Shown here: one piece after another, positions 1 to 8,638 of the stretch | Layout: the number at the start of each line of letters is the position of its first letter | Position numbering within the stretch: position 1 is the first letter of the stretch | IMG/VR virus record: IMGVR_UViG_3300047558_000101 | Location: 1-60,734 of that record | Reading direction: 5' to 3' (one strand) | DNA length: 60,734 nt | Source of the DNA: a virus | Lineage: Duplodnaviria > Caudoviricetes | Translations under genes and position numbers: made by a program | The notes under the pieces: model-generated | What the model was told of the DNA's origin: nothing | The model's input: the letters and a program-made list of their open reading frames with translations, nothing else | The model's database searches: none

Positions 1-79
1 CTACTACTATCATCCCTGCCCTGCCTGCGCGCCGCCATGCCACTGTACAATTAAGGTACTAACTTACTGGAGATTCACC

Positions 80-163
80 ATGAAAGACTTGATCACTGCA
101 CTCACCATCGCCGCCGCACTCGTCGTGCTCGCACTTGAATACTTCGATGTGCTGGTGCGCTGA
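80..163 (+). CDS. 27-aa hydrophobic peptide MKDLITALTIAAALVVLALEYFDVLVR
   Basis: GGAG RBS in ACTTACTGGAGATTCACC-ATG, the same leader style as other early genes. One predicted TM helix. Below the ORF-track cutoff. Confidence 0.55.
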   Translation: MKDLITALTIAAALVVLALEYFDVLVR

Positions 164-301
164 GCCATGCCCTTCGGGGCAACCCTACTACTATCATGTC
201 TGCCACGCTCCAGTATGCGTCGGGCCGCGCCATGGGCCTCTACTACTATCATGCGGCGGGCTAATTCTGTGGGATTAAATTACGGGCTTACCCGCCAGTT
301 G

Positions 302-310
302 TGTTATACT
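302..310 (+). promoter_or_regulatory. Extended -10 promoter (TGtTATACT) for the 388 gene
   Basis: TGnTATACT about 80 nt upstream of the ATG, with no good -35. Confidence 0.45.
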
Positions 311-387
311 TGTTTCCAAGTTGAAAGGGATTTCAACCCGCCGCCGGTGCTTACCGGTTAACTTGTTCACTTATTGGAGATTTCATC

Positions 388-1026
388 ATGGCAAAAGCAA
401 AAGCCCCCGCCGCAACTATTGTTGCAACCCGTATTGCCGCCGTTGGCACATTGATCAACGAAGCTGGCCAAGCCGCCAGCACAATGTTGGCAAAATGCAA
501 AGAAGCGGCCAAAGCCGCCAGCGCACAATTGGATGCGAAAAAACCCCTAGGGGAAAGAATCGCCGCCGTTGTGGCATTGTATGCGGATGATTTCAAAGCC
601 GCTGGTCACAATGTAAAGTCACTTTTCACGGATGCGTTAACTTTGCACGCCGCCGAAGCCGCCCCCGTTGTAGTATCGGTTATCGGTAAGGACGGCAAAA
701 AAGCGGACGAAGCCACTACAGCCGCAAAAGCCGTTGATTTATCTAAGCACAATATGCGGGACGCCGCAAAACAGGTACGGGAACAAAACGGCCTAGGCCG
801 CAAAGCCGGTGCTGGACGCAAACCCGCAAAACCCGCCGCCAGCTTACCCGCCGCCCCCGATATGAAAACCGAAGCGGACGCATTTTCGGCATGGCTGGAC
901 AATTTGCCAGAGTATTTGCTGGATGCGGTTTATCACCCCCGCATTGTTGCCCGATTGATCGAAAACGGGTACCGCTTGGAAAAAGCCGTGAAAGGCACCA
1001 AGATCACCGGCAAAGCCAGCGCCTAA
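388..1026 (+). CDS. Ala/Lys-rich early protein, possibly DNA-binding
   Basis: 212-aa ORF with a strong RBS and its own terminator. Basic low-complexity segment GRKAGAGRKPAKPAA. Confidence 0.8.
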   Translation: MAKAKAPAATIVATRIAAVGTLINEAGQAASTMLAKCKEAAKAASAQLDAKKPLGERIAAVVALYADDFKAAGHNVKSLFTDALTLHAAEAAPVVVSVIGKDGKKADEATTAAKAVDLSKHNMRDAAKQVREQNGLGRKAGAGRKPAKPAASLPAAPDMKTEADAFSAWLDNLPEYLLDAVYHPRIVARLIENGYRLEKAVKGTKITGKASA

Positions 1027-1037
1027 GCCGCCAGCCG

Positions 1038-1063
1038 AAGCCCCCCGCAAGGGGGGCTTTTTT
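1038..1063 (+). terminator. Rho-independent terminator
   Basis: AAGCCCCCC-GCAA-GGGGGGCTTTTTT directly after the 388..1026 stop. Confidence 0.9.
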
Positions 1064-1159
1064 GCGCCCAAAATTTGCCAATACCAGACTACTATCATGC
1101 TGCGCACACTACTATCATGCGGCGGCGTTGCGTGCGTGATGGCTAATCCCACGGGATTA

Positions 1160-1760
1160 CTCGCCACGAGTGATGTATTACCGAGGTATCGCCGACGAAT
1201 TTCAGACCACCTTGCAAACCCAAGCCCACATTGAAAAATTGCTGCTAAAGCCCTAGGCATGCGGGTTTGCGACACTTTAGACGATGTAGGGCGCATAGAG
1301 CCTAGGGGCACTTTTTGCTGCTATAACTTTTAATTGCGAGTAAATCCGTGAGATAAAAAAGCCTTTAAAATCAACGACTTACGGGGCTTGCACCCCCCTT
1401 TTATTTATTTATTAGTTTAATAGCTTTAGCAGATAGATTTAAGACAGGAATGTTGGAACGATTTCGGCCAGTGCCGACCGCCAAGCCCAACCCGTTACCC
1501 CCCGCCATAAAAATCTCTCTCATGCCTAAAATTGCTGCTAATCTGCTAAAGTCAGTATCCATGCGGGTTCCAGCGATTTCTATCTGCTAAAGTTATCATA
1601 TTGACATCTTTATTGCTGCTATAAACTCAACATCCTACAAAATTTCCCGACTTTTTAATCATAATTCCACGAAATTTATAAACTTGTTTGGCATCTGCTA
1701 AAGTCCAACCAACATCCTACAAAATTTCCCGATATTTTGTTTGTAAAAACACCCCATACG
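1160..1760. other. AT-rich non-coding region with short repeats (candidate origin or end-associated region)
   Basis: GCTAAAG x5 (one inverted), TTGCTGCTA x4, a 23-bp direct repeat at 1628-1650 and 1710-1732, and an IHF-like AATCAACGACTTA at 1369-1381. Confidence 0.6.
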
Positions 1761-1761
1761 C

Positions 1762-1790
1762 TTGACACGCCACGAGTATTCCGCTATAAT
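1762..1790 (+). promoter_or_regulatory. Consensus sigma70 early promoter
   Basis: TTGACA-17 bp-TATAAT, a perfect consensus. Confidence 0.92.
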
Positions 1791-1878
1791 GTAGTCTGTT
1801 GGGTCGTAAAGCGACTCAGCACCTCCCCTAATCCCACGGGATTAGATTCACTTGTTCACTTACTTTATGGAGTTCACC

Positions 1879-2127
1879 ATGGCAAAAACGCTCAAGCACA
1901 ACCCCGAGCACATCACCACCTATCGCACACGATCAGGTGCAACCCAGTACCGCCCATCCGTCGCTTATGGCATGTCTCTTGCTGCACTTGACCACGGATT
2001 CTGTCTTGCATGCGGCAACGATCAACCCGGCGTCGAGCCCGATGCACGCAAATACACATGCGACCATTGCGATGCTGACAAGGTTTACGGCATCGAAGAA
2101 TTGGCCCTGATGGGTCTCTTGTTTTAA
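1879..2127 (+). CDS. Small zinc-ribbon-like protein
   Basis: CLAC...CDHC motif and GGAG RBS. Its TAA stop is the first three bases of the palindrome at 2125. Confidence 0.75.
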   Translation: MAKTLKHNPEHITTYRTRSGATQYRPSVAYGMSLAALDHGFCLACGNDQPGVEPDARKYTCDHCDADKVYGIEELALMGLLF

Positions 2128-2151
2128 TCCCACGGAATTAAGGAATTCGTT

Positions 2152-2796
2152 ATGTCAAATTCACACGCAACAGTCGGCAAGCAGTTCGGCAAACTTAAAG
2201 CATGCAATGGCTCACGGATGAGCTCAGCACTTGTCGTGACACCCGGCCCACACAACGACGATATGGCCATCCATGCCAACAGGGTGTTTTACCGAGTGCA
2301 AGACGGCATCAGTTATCGCACCCCGGTTGCACGCATCATGCGCAATGCCCACACCAAAGAAAACGAGCTATGGCTCACATCACGATATTACTCGTCAAGC
2401 ACTCAGCGTCACAAAGGTTATTTCCGTGATGGGTTCGTCGCCGCTGGCAACAGCCCAGACAACATATACATAACCCCCGTGGTTGACCAACTGCTACACC
2501 GCCACAACCCAGACATCGTGCGCAACTCCATCGGGTTCGTCAACTGCATGCTCAAAGAGGTGGACAAGCCACGACTGCGTGAGGCTACCCGCAGGGGCAC
2601 CATCGACAGCTGTATTCACCATGCCGAGCGTGTCATGCACAACTTCACCCACAAGATACCGCTCGACCTGATTGACGCCGACGCCTATTACGACCTGCAA
2701 GCCATGATGGGCTTTTTACACAATCTCAAGAACGAGCCAGACATTGACGCCGTGCGTGCCGCTGTCAAGGGTCACTTTGCTTTATTGGAGGGTTAA
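2152..2796 (+). CDS. Hypothetical early protein
   Basis: 214-aa ORF with AAGGA RBS and phage-like codon use. Confidence 0.75.
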   Translation: MSNSHATVGKQFGKLKACNGSRMSSALVVTPGPHNDDMAIHANRVFYRVQDGISYRTPVARIMRNAHTKENELWLTSRYYSSSTQRHKGYFRDGFVAAGNSPDNIYITPVVDQLLHRHNPDIVRNSIGFVNCMLKEVDKPRLREATRRGTIDSCIHHAERVMHNFTHKIPLDLIDADAYYDLQAMMGFLHNLKNEPDIDAVRAAVKGHFALLEG

Positions 2797-2798
2797 TC

Positions 2799-3182
2799 AT
2801 GGGATACCGGTCAGAAGTCAAATACATTCTGTTGTTCAGCACTGAAGAACAGATCAACACTTTCAGGGCACATGCCCAGCTCACACTCGGCGACACCGAT
2901 GGTGGCAGGGAGATACTCGACCAGATGGACATACAAGTGATGGACTACGACACCGAGTTCAAGCACCGGCTGTATGTGTCGTGGGACGATGTAAAGTGGT
3001 ACGAGTCGTACCCGTGGGTACAGGTGCAAGAGGGGCTCATGGACTATGTGGGCGAGATGGATGGGTGCGCCTATGCGTTTGCCCGTTCGGGTGAGGAGCA
3101 TGGCGATGTTGAGACAAAAGCCAGCGACAACATCCACTTCTATGACTATATGGATGTACGCACCAGCGTAGATTTTGTTTGA
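2799..3182 (+). CDS. Hypothetical acidic protein (MGYRSEV... type)
   Basis: 127-aa ORF with GGAGG RBS. Confidence 0.75.
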   Translation: MGYRSEVKYILLFSTEEQINTFRAHAQLTLGDTDGGREILDQMDIQVMDYDTEFKHRLYVSWDDVKWYESYPWVQVQEGLMDYVGEMDGCAYAFARSGEEHGDVETKASDNIHFYDYMDVRTSVDFV

Positions 3183-3193
3183 GGGGAAATGCA

Positions 3194-3349
3194 ATGAATT
3201 ACAAACGACGAGCCAATGCCATCCACCCGTGGTCGATGTGGTACTGGACAACTGCGACCGAGGACTTACTCACGCTCGACAAGATGACGCTATACACATT
3301 CCGTCTGCTTGTTGACGAGGCTTTTAAAACACTTGACTGGAAGGACTAA
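3194..3349 (+). CDS. 51-aa hypothetical protein
   Basis: GAGGGG RBS. Fills the gap and ends at the TAA of the palindrome at 3347. Confidence 0.55.
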   Translation: MNYKRRANAIHPWSMWYWTTATEDLLTLDKMTLYTFRLLVDEAFKTLDWKD

Positions 3350-3353
3350 TCCC

Positions 3354-3560
3354 ATGGAATTAAACATCACATTCACCGAGCTCGCTCTGTTCTGCTGGGC
3401 GATCATCGCCACCGCTGGTGCGTTCAAATACTCAGACGAGGCGCGCACTGCCAAGCGCATGCTGTCGATCTTCACTGAGGACGAGAGCGTGCGCAACCAA
3501 GTGTTGCATGCACATGCCGAGTTCAAAGCCAAGGTCGAGGCGTGGAGGGCTAACTCGTGA
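3354..3560 (+). CDS. Small membrane-anchored protein
   Basis: ATG lies inside the palindrome, with AAGGA upstream. Hydrophobic N-terminus. Confidence 0.65.
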   Translation: MELNITFTELALFCWAIIATAGAFKYSDEARTAKRMLSIFTEDESVRNQVLHAHAEFKAKVEAWRANS

Positions 3561-3757
3561 AGCGAAAGCCAAGCCAAGCGACGCTAGCGATAGCGTTCAA
3601 GCAAGCGCAAGATGTAATGAATACGCTCGAGCCCGTGTTCGAGCGTGGCGACATCGACGAAGAACAGTTCAAACAGGCCGTGTATTTGTACACACAAGCA
3701 GTGCTGTCACGAGCACGCATCACCTCACTTCAATCAGTCAGGAGTAAATTCCAATGA
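3557..3757 (+). CDS. Hypothetical protein
   Basis: GTGA overlap with the upstream gene and GGAGG RBS. Confidence 0.6.
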   Translation: MKRKPSQATLAIAFKQAQDVMNTLEPVFERGDIDEEQFKQAVYLYTQAVLSRARITSLQSVRSKFQ

Positions 3758-4140
3758 ACGCCGCATTTTTTAAGACATCCATGCTATTGCGTGTAGCAAA
3801 GAAAGAGCTGTCGTGGGTTAATCCCATGGGATTATGCCAAGCCATTGGTGTGACGGCACACAAACTCGCTTGTTTAGGTGCAATACTCACAGCAAACGAA
3901 CTCGAAATACTTATCGAACACCGCATTCAACCCTTCGCCTATGCACACAGCTGGCTTGGGTGGAAGATGACATACCCACAGTACAAACTCAAAGACCTTG
4001 AGAAGTGGCCAAGCTGTGTGTGGGACAGAGCGTGCGACTGGGGCAACGATGTGCGCAACAACAACCCGATGGGGTTGCAAGCATGGCGACATGCGTGGCT
4101 AGATAAATTGATCGCTGAGTTTGAAGCGAAGGGAGATTGA
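3754..4140 (+). CDS. Hypothetical protein containing NPMGL twice
   Basis: AGGAG RBS and ATGA overlap. Confidence 0.7.
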   Translation: MNAAFFKTSMLLRVAKKELSWVNPMGLCQAIGVTAHKLACLGAILTANELEILIEHRIQPFAYAHSWLGWKMTYPQYKLKDLEKWPSCVWDRACDWGNDVRNNNPMGLQAWRHAWLDKLIAEFEAKGD

Positions 4141-4141
4141 G

Positions 4142-4351
4142 ATGAGTAAAGTTTTAGATTCGATCTGGTTCACACCGATGGGTGGTGCGTGCATCGGTGT
4201 CGTTGCAGTCGAGACCGAGTTCGATGGCCTTTGCTTTTATATCGGCCTTGGTGCTGGTGTTGACGAGGCACGGGATGCACAACATATTGCAGAGCGTGGC
4301 GCAAGATTCCCTTACGCCGCTGGTGTTGAATTATTGGGGGTAGAGATATGA
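4142..4351 (+). CDS. Hypothetical protein
   Basis: GGGAG RBS, coupled to the next gene. Confidence 0.65.
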   Translation: MSKVLDSIWFTPMGGACIGVVAVETEFDGLCFYIGLGAGVDEARDAQHIAERGARFPYAAGVELLGVEI

Positions 4352-4953
4352 GCAAAGATATTTACCAAAGCGAGACCTACGAGCACAAGAATGGGCTCAA
4401 GTACCATGTGTGCTGGTACCAAGACTATGACTCACAATCGCCACTGGAGTGGTCGGACTGCCACGGCGTGACCGAGCGCATGGACTGGAACCCCACCAAT
4501 GCAGAGCAGCTCGAGCAACACATCGCTGACTGTGAGCCCGAGGTTGAGGAGGTTGCACGACTGACGCTCATGCGCCAGCTATGCCGACCATCTAACTATT
4601 ACGACACAGGGCTGTATTACGATGTGCTCACCTCGTTGCACAATGCAAAGACTGAGTGGGGTTGCAAGACCCATGAAGATTGTGTCGCCGCTGTAGAGCG
4701 TGACTTCGCTTACCTCAAGGGCTGGTACGACAACGACTGGTTCTGGTTGACCATCGGCGTGGCACCGATAGACGAGGACGGCGAGCCCATCGAAGATGAT
4801 CGTGAATATTGTGGCGGGTATGAGAGCACCATACTCAACAACGACGATGACAACAAAGCATGGCGCATCGAGGTGATCGAGAATCAGATCGCTGAGGTCG
4901 AGTGGACGAGGCGCAAGAGCATACACAAAAACCAGCTGGAGTTGGCGTTATGA
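4348..4953 (+). CDS. Hypothetical acidic protein
   Basis: 201-aa ORF with ATGA overlaps on both sides. Confidence 0.75.
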   Translation: MSKDIYQSETYEHKNGLKYHVCWYQDYDSQSPLEWSDCHGVTERMDWNPTNAEQLEQHIADCEPEVEEVARLTLMRQLCRPSNYYDTGLYYDVLTSLHNAKTEWGCKTHEDCVAAVERDFAYLKGWYDNDWFWLTIGVAPIDEDGEPIEDDREYCGGYESTILNNDDDNKAWRIEVIENQIAEVEWTRRKSIHKNQLELAL

Positions 4954-5258
4954 GTAGACGATCGAACCGACGAAGCAAGGCCAAGCGTGCCCAAGCCTTA
5001 CTATCATGCCGCGCCGAGCTCGTGCTGTTGTATGACGGCGAGCGGATGCCCGACCACTACCTCGAGTGCGGGCTCACTGCAACGCGTGAGCTGATCAGCA
5101 TGAAAAAGTATTTGATCTGGAACGGATTCACACGACCATCTGGTTCAGTACCACTGAGCGCATACCAAGCCCAACTTGACATTGCTGCGAAGCAGTTGCA
5201 AAACGACCTCGACAGGGAACTCATCCGATCGTTGATGACCCCTTCACTTGACAAGTAG
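4950..5258 (+). CDS. Hypothetical protein
   Basis: ATGA overlap and GGAG RBS. Confidence 0.6.
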   Translation: MSRRSNRRSKAKRAQALLSCRAELVLLYDGERMPDHYLECGLTATRELISMKKYLIWNGFTRPSGSVPLSAYQAQLDIAAKQLQNDLDRELIRSLMTPSLDK

Positions 5259-5276
5259 CGGGTATCCTGCTACAAT
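5248..5276 (+). promoter_or_regulatory. sigma70 promoter
   Basis: TTGACA-17 bp-TACAAT, followed by a hairpin, the palindrome at 5329 and the leader motif. Confidence 0.88.
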
Positions 5277-5373
5277 ACTACCCATGAGCTGAGGAAACCG
5301 CTTCGGCTCATACAACTGACTCATTCACTAATCCCACGGGATTAACACACTTGTTTACTTACTGGAGATTTTT

Positions 5374-5805
5374 ATGGAAACACTTTCACCGACAGCCCCG
5401 CTGTTCGCTTCGTTCGTGCTGGACTTAGCGAAATACATCGTGCCTCATGTTGTTGCAGAGCTCAAAGCACAGACCAACGCCGAGGGCATGGGCATGATCG
5501 CACTTGACCCCAACAACTTGGCATTGCCCGTGTACACGCTGATGCAACACGACAGCAACATCCGTGACTTCCTCACGGGGATGATTGATGGCCATTACAA
5601 CGACAACATGCGCAGCATGAGCAAAAAGATCGACGAGCTCGACAACAAGGTTGATGACTTGGAGTCCAAGGTTGATGACATGGATAGCAAAGTCGATGAC
5701 TTTGATGACGAGCTCAACGCGGTGAAGAAAAACACCCCCAAAGTTGACGCTGACGACAGCGACTTCCAAGACGCAGTCATGTCCGTACTGCGCAAAAACA
5801 TTTAA
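5374..5805 (+). CDS. Acidic coiled-coil protein
   Basis: Heptad repeats KIDELDN/KVDDLES/KVDDMDS/KVDDFDD. Confidence 0.75.
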   Translation: METLSPTAPLFASFVLDLAKYIVPHVVAELKAQTNAEGMGMIALDPNNLALPVYTLMQHDSNIRDFLTGMIDGHYNDNMRSMSKKIDELDNKVDDLESKVDDMDSKVDDFDDELNAVKKNTPKVDADDSDFQDAVMSVLRKNI

Positions 5806-5815
5806 GGAGCAAACC

Positions 5816-6298
5816 ATGAAAGTTACTAAACTGCAAAAAGAAGCCATCGTTCGTGCCATCATGAATGATGTACCCAAGCCAAACAAGGCCACGCGCCATG
5901 CCAAAGTGCAAGCTGCGCTGGTCAAGGCCATGTCACCCGAGTGCCGCAAACTCTATGGCAAACGCCCTGACATCTTCACATCCGAGCACACAGGCGACAT
6001 CACCTATGACGGATGCAACTGGGCACTGCGCCATGTGATCATCGGCGACGCACCCAAAGAGAAACTGAAAGAAATCCTCGAGCCATACAAAGCCGAGGAC
6101 GAGAAATTCTACGAGGCCAAGCGCAACCTGACCAACGCCATCATGGCGTGCACCACGCTCAAAGCCTTGGAGACAACTTTCCCTGAGTTCAAAAAGTATT
6201 TCCCCACTGAGACACAACCCACCAAGAACTTGCCAGCACTTGCCAATGTGGTCGCTGACCTGAGCAAACTCGGCTGGCCGAAGGGAGAGAAAAAATGA
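5816..6298 (+). CDS. Nmad5-like (nucleotide-modification-associated) protein
   Basis: N-terminal TKLQKEAIVRAIMND and C-terminal TTLKALETTFPE resemble this phage family, recalled rather than searched. AAGGAG RBS. Confidence 0.55.
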   Translation: MKVTKLQKEAIVRAIMNDVPKPNKATRHAKVQAALVKAMSPECRKLYGKRPDIFTSEHTGDITYDGCNWALRHVIIGDAPKEKLKEILEPYKAEDEKFYEAKRNLTNAIMACTTLKALETTFPEFKKYFPTETQPTKNLPALANVVADLSKLGWPKGEKK

Positions 6299-6477
6299 GC
6301 GACATCATCAACATCGACAGCTACGAGCCCGACTACACCCACACCTGCGAGGTGTGTGGTGCCAACCATGTTGTCACCGGCGTGAAGGATGGCAAGGTGG
6401 TGTACCAAGGCGAGATGTGTGGCGTGTGTACATGGGGCGAGAGCGCCATGCGTGACCCGAAGGAGTGGAACAAATGA
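6295..6477 (+). CDS. Small Cys-rich protein
   Basis: CEVC...CGVC motif and ATGA overlap. Confidence 0.65.
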   Translation: MSDIINIDSYEPDYTHTCEVCGANHVVTGVKDGKVVYQGEMCGVCTWGESAMRDPKEWNK

Positions 6478-6797
6478 CAGACAAAACCGACATGACCGAA
6501 GAAGAACTCAAGCGTGAGGTCGATGCGCAAGCCTTGGCCGATCGTGTGTGGGAGATTCTTGTGCAGCGTGCCAATTCACAACTCGATGGTGTGATCGCAC
6601 TGGAGCCAACGATTCTGTACCCGCACATCGACCTCTGGTTTGCCGAAAGGACAGGCCACCATCACATCAAGGTAGGTAACCACACAATGACTAACCTGAT
6701 CGCCGATTCACTGACAGGCAACTACCGCATGCAGTCGTGGTTCAAACGAGAGATGCGTAATGAGATGCTAAACATCGTTCAACGCATGAATTTTTAA
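6474..6797 (+). CDS. Hypothetical protein
   Basis: AAGGAG RBS. The stop is the TAA of the palindrome at 6795. Confidence 0.7.
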   Translation: MTDKTDMTEEELKREVDAQALADRVWEILVQRANSQLDGVIALEPTILYPHIDLWFAERTGHHHIKVGNHTMTNLIADSLTGNYRMQSWFKREMRNEMLNIVQRMNF

Positions 6798-6821
6798 TCC
6801 CATGGAATTAAGGAGCAAACT

Positions 6822-7703
6822 ATGAGTATCAAAAACCACGCACTGCTGGTCTCACTTAGCGTGAGTAAGCCACAGATGACGAAGAAAGACGACAAAGCAA
6901 CTCGTGACGCCGAGAGTGCCAACAACGCACACGGCGCTGGTCAGTTCCGCAAGGACTTGTACCCCAAGTCGCTGGTGCAACCCATTCTCACAGTGGAGTC
7001 AAGTGCCCGTGCCTACATCGAGAGCGTGACCTATATGTGGACACGAGGCGAGTATCTCTTGCCGACTGCCAAGTTCATGGAGTTCACCGAGCGCATCGGC
7101 AAATACCAAGTCGAGTTCGATCAGTGCGTCACCGCATTCTTGAACAACTGGAGCAATGTGATGCAACAAGCACAGACATCGCAAGGTGAGCTGTTCGATG
7201 CCAACGCATACCCTGACTTGACCGACCTGAAGAATGACTTCCGCTTCCGTGTCAACTACCGCCCAGTGACTGATGCTGGTGACTTCCGTGTGCAGATGCA
7301 AGACGACGAGATGGACGCACTGCGTGCCGAGGTCGAGACTGCAACCCGTGAGTCCATGAACAACATGTTGCGTGCACCACTGGAGCGCCTCAAAGAAGTC
7401 GTACAGCGACTGCACGAGGTGACTGCCAAGGGCGACCGCGAGGTGTTGAACAAAAAGACCGGTGTGATTGACCTGCGCCCACCGATCTTCCGTGACTCAG
7501 TGGTGGACAACATCATGGAGGAAATTAACTTGCTGCATGCGTTCGCTGATGTCATGCCTGACAATGTGCTTGCCATTGCCAAGGAGATCGCTGACACCAC
7601 GCCGCACCCACAACAACTGCGTGACAACCCCGATGCACGCAAAGAGGTCAACACACAGACCGCCGCTTTACTCAACTCAATCAACGCTATGCTGGAGGAA
7701 TAA
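6822..7703 (+). CDS. DUF3150-like helical protein
   Basis: 293 aa. Resembles from memory the protein that accompanies AAA/vWA pairs in phages and ICEs. AAGGAG RBS. Confidence 0.55.
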   Translation: MSIKNHALLVSLSVSKPQMTKKDDKATRDAESANNAHGAGQFRKDLYPKSLVQPILTVESSARAYIESVTYMWTRGEYLLPTAKFMEFTERIGKYQVEFDQCVTAFLNNWSNVMQQAQTSQGELFDANAYPDLTDLKNDFRFRVNYRPVTDAGDFRVQMQDDEMDALRAEVETATRESMNNMLRAPLERLKEVVQRLHEVTAKGDREVLNKKTGVIDLRPPIFRDSVVDNIMEEINLLHAFADVMPDNVLAIAKEIADTTPHPQQLRDNPDARKEVNTQTAALLNSINAMLEE

Positions 7704-7706
7704 ACC

Positions 7707-8045
7707 ATGTCAATCAAAGAGAAAACAATCGAGCGCCTTGTCAATCAACTTGCCAACTTGGGCTGCGAGTTCAAAGTCATCACAGAGGACGGCACCGAAT
7801 ACGGCGAGCTGACTGCTGTCAGCAAAAAGCACAAGACCGATGTGCTCAAGCATGTGGACTACAAAACTGTTCTGGCCAACATGAAAGCCGGTGATGTCGA
7901 GGTGCTGGTGTGTCCCGAAGGCATCCCGCTGGAGTCACTGCGCTCATCAATCAGCGGACATGGTGCTGCAAACTATGGTGCTGGCACATTCGCCACCATG
8001 ATCAACAAAGACAACAACACTGTTGAAGTGTTGCGTATGGAATAA
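7707..8045 (+). CDS. Hypothetical protein
   Basis: 112-aa ORF with GGAGG RBS. Confidence 0.75.
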   Translation: MSIKEKTIERLVNQLANLGCEFKVITEDGTEYGELTAVSKKHKTDVLKHVDYKTVLANMKAGDVEVLVCPEGIPLESLRSSISGHGAANYGAGTFATMINKDNNTVEVLRME

Positions 8046-8047
8046 CC

Positions 8048-8290
8048 ATGGCCGACGACAACAAGTACGAACCCAAAGCGTTGCTCGAGTTCAGTGGCTC
8101 GTCAATTCTGTTGCCGGTGGATGAAGCCATCATGGCGTTCAAGATGCTGTGCAACGGCGAGCCCGTGCAATACGACTGGAGTAAAAAAGGCTACAAGCGA
8201 GAAAAGGCTCACTCGAATACTGGAATATCTCTCAAGATGTTCACAATCACAGACTATGCTTCGCTTGCACTCAACTCGGTCGATGAGTAA
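8048..8290 (+). CDS. Hypothetical protein
   Basis: 80-aa ORF within the operon. Confidence 0.65.
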   Translation: MADDNKYEPKALLEFSGSSILLPVDEAIMAFKMLCNGEPVQYDWSKKGYKREKAHSNTGISLKMFTITDYASLALNSVDE

Positions 8291-8293
8291 AAT
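8265..8293 (+). promoter_or_regulatory. Putative sigma70 promoter
   Basis: TTGCAC-17 bp-TAAAAT upstream of the 8332 gene. Confidence 0.5.
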
Positions 8294-8331
8294 CATCGTT
8301 CACTTATCCACTCAACTACTTAGGAAAACCG

Positions 8332-8544
8332 ATGGACTTCAACATCAAACTCGATCTCAAACTTGACCTCAATGGTGTCAACGCTTTGCTCAACTTGCTG
8401 AACACTGGTGCTCATGGCTTGGTGCGTCCCATCATCGACGACATCGTGTTGCAAGCACAAGAGCAAGAGAAAGCTGCACAACAACCCGTGCCACCTGCAC
8501 CCACTGATGTCGAGCCAAAAACATCTGCCGAAGCAGTCATCTAA
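8332..8544 (+). CDS. Hypothetical protein
   Basis: 70 aa. The stop is the TAA of the palindrome at 8542. Confidence 0.7.
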   Translation: MDFNIKLDLKLDLNGVNALLNLLNTGAHGLVRPIIDDIVLQAQEQEKAAQQPVPPAPTDVEPKTSAEAVI

Positions 8545-8602
8545 TCCCACGGGATTAACCCGTTGCCAGTGCGGTTCACTGGCACATCAACAACTTGTTT
8601 AC

Positions 8603-8631
8603 TTGACTGTACACGCATATGCGTGTATAAT
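8603..8631 (+). promoter_or_regulatory. sigma70 promoter of the HNH gene with a perfect 18-bp palindrome in its spacer
   Basis: TTGACT-17-TATAAT, with TACACGCATATGCGTGTA at 8610-8627. Confidence 0.75.
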
Positions 8632-8638
8632 AGACACC

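Larger units (their letters stand above)
1..1120 (+). repeat. CTACTATCAT(G) direct repeats at the left end
   Basis: Copies at 1-13, 185-198, 240-253, 1088-1100 and 1108-1120, with a partial copy at 4999-5009. Confidence 0.85.
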
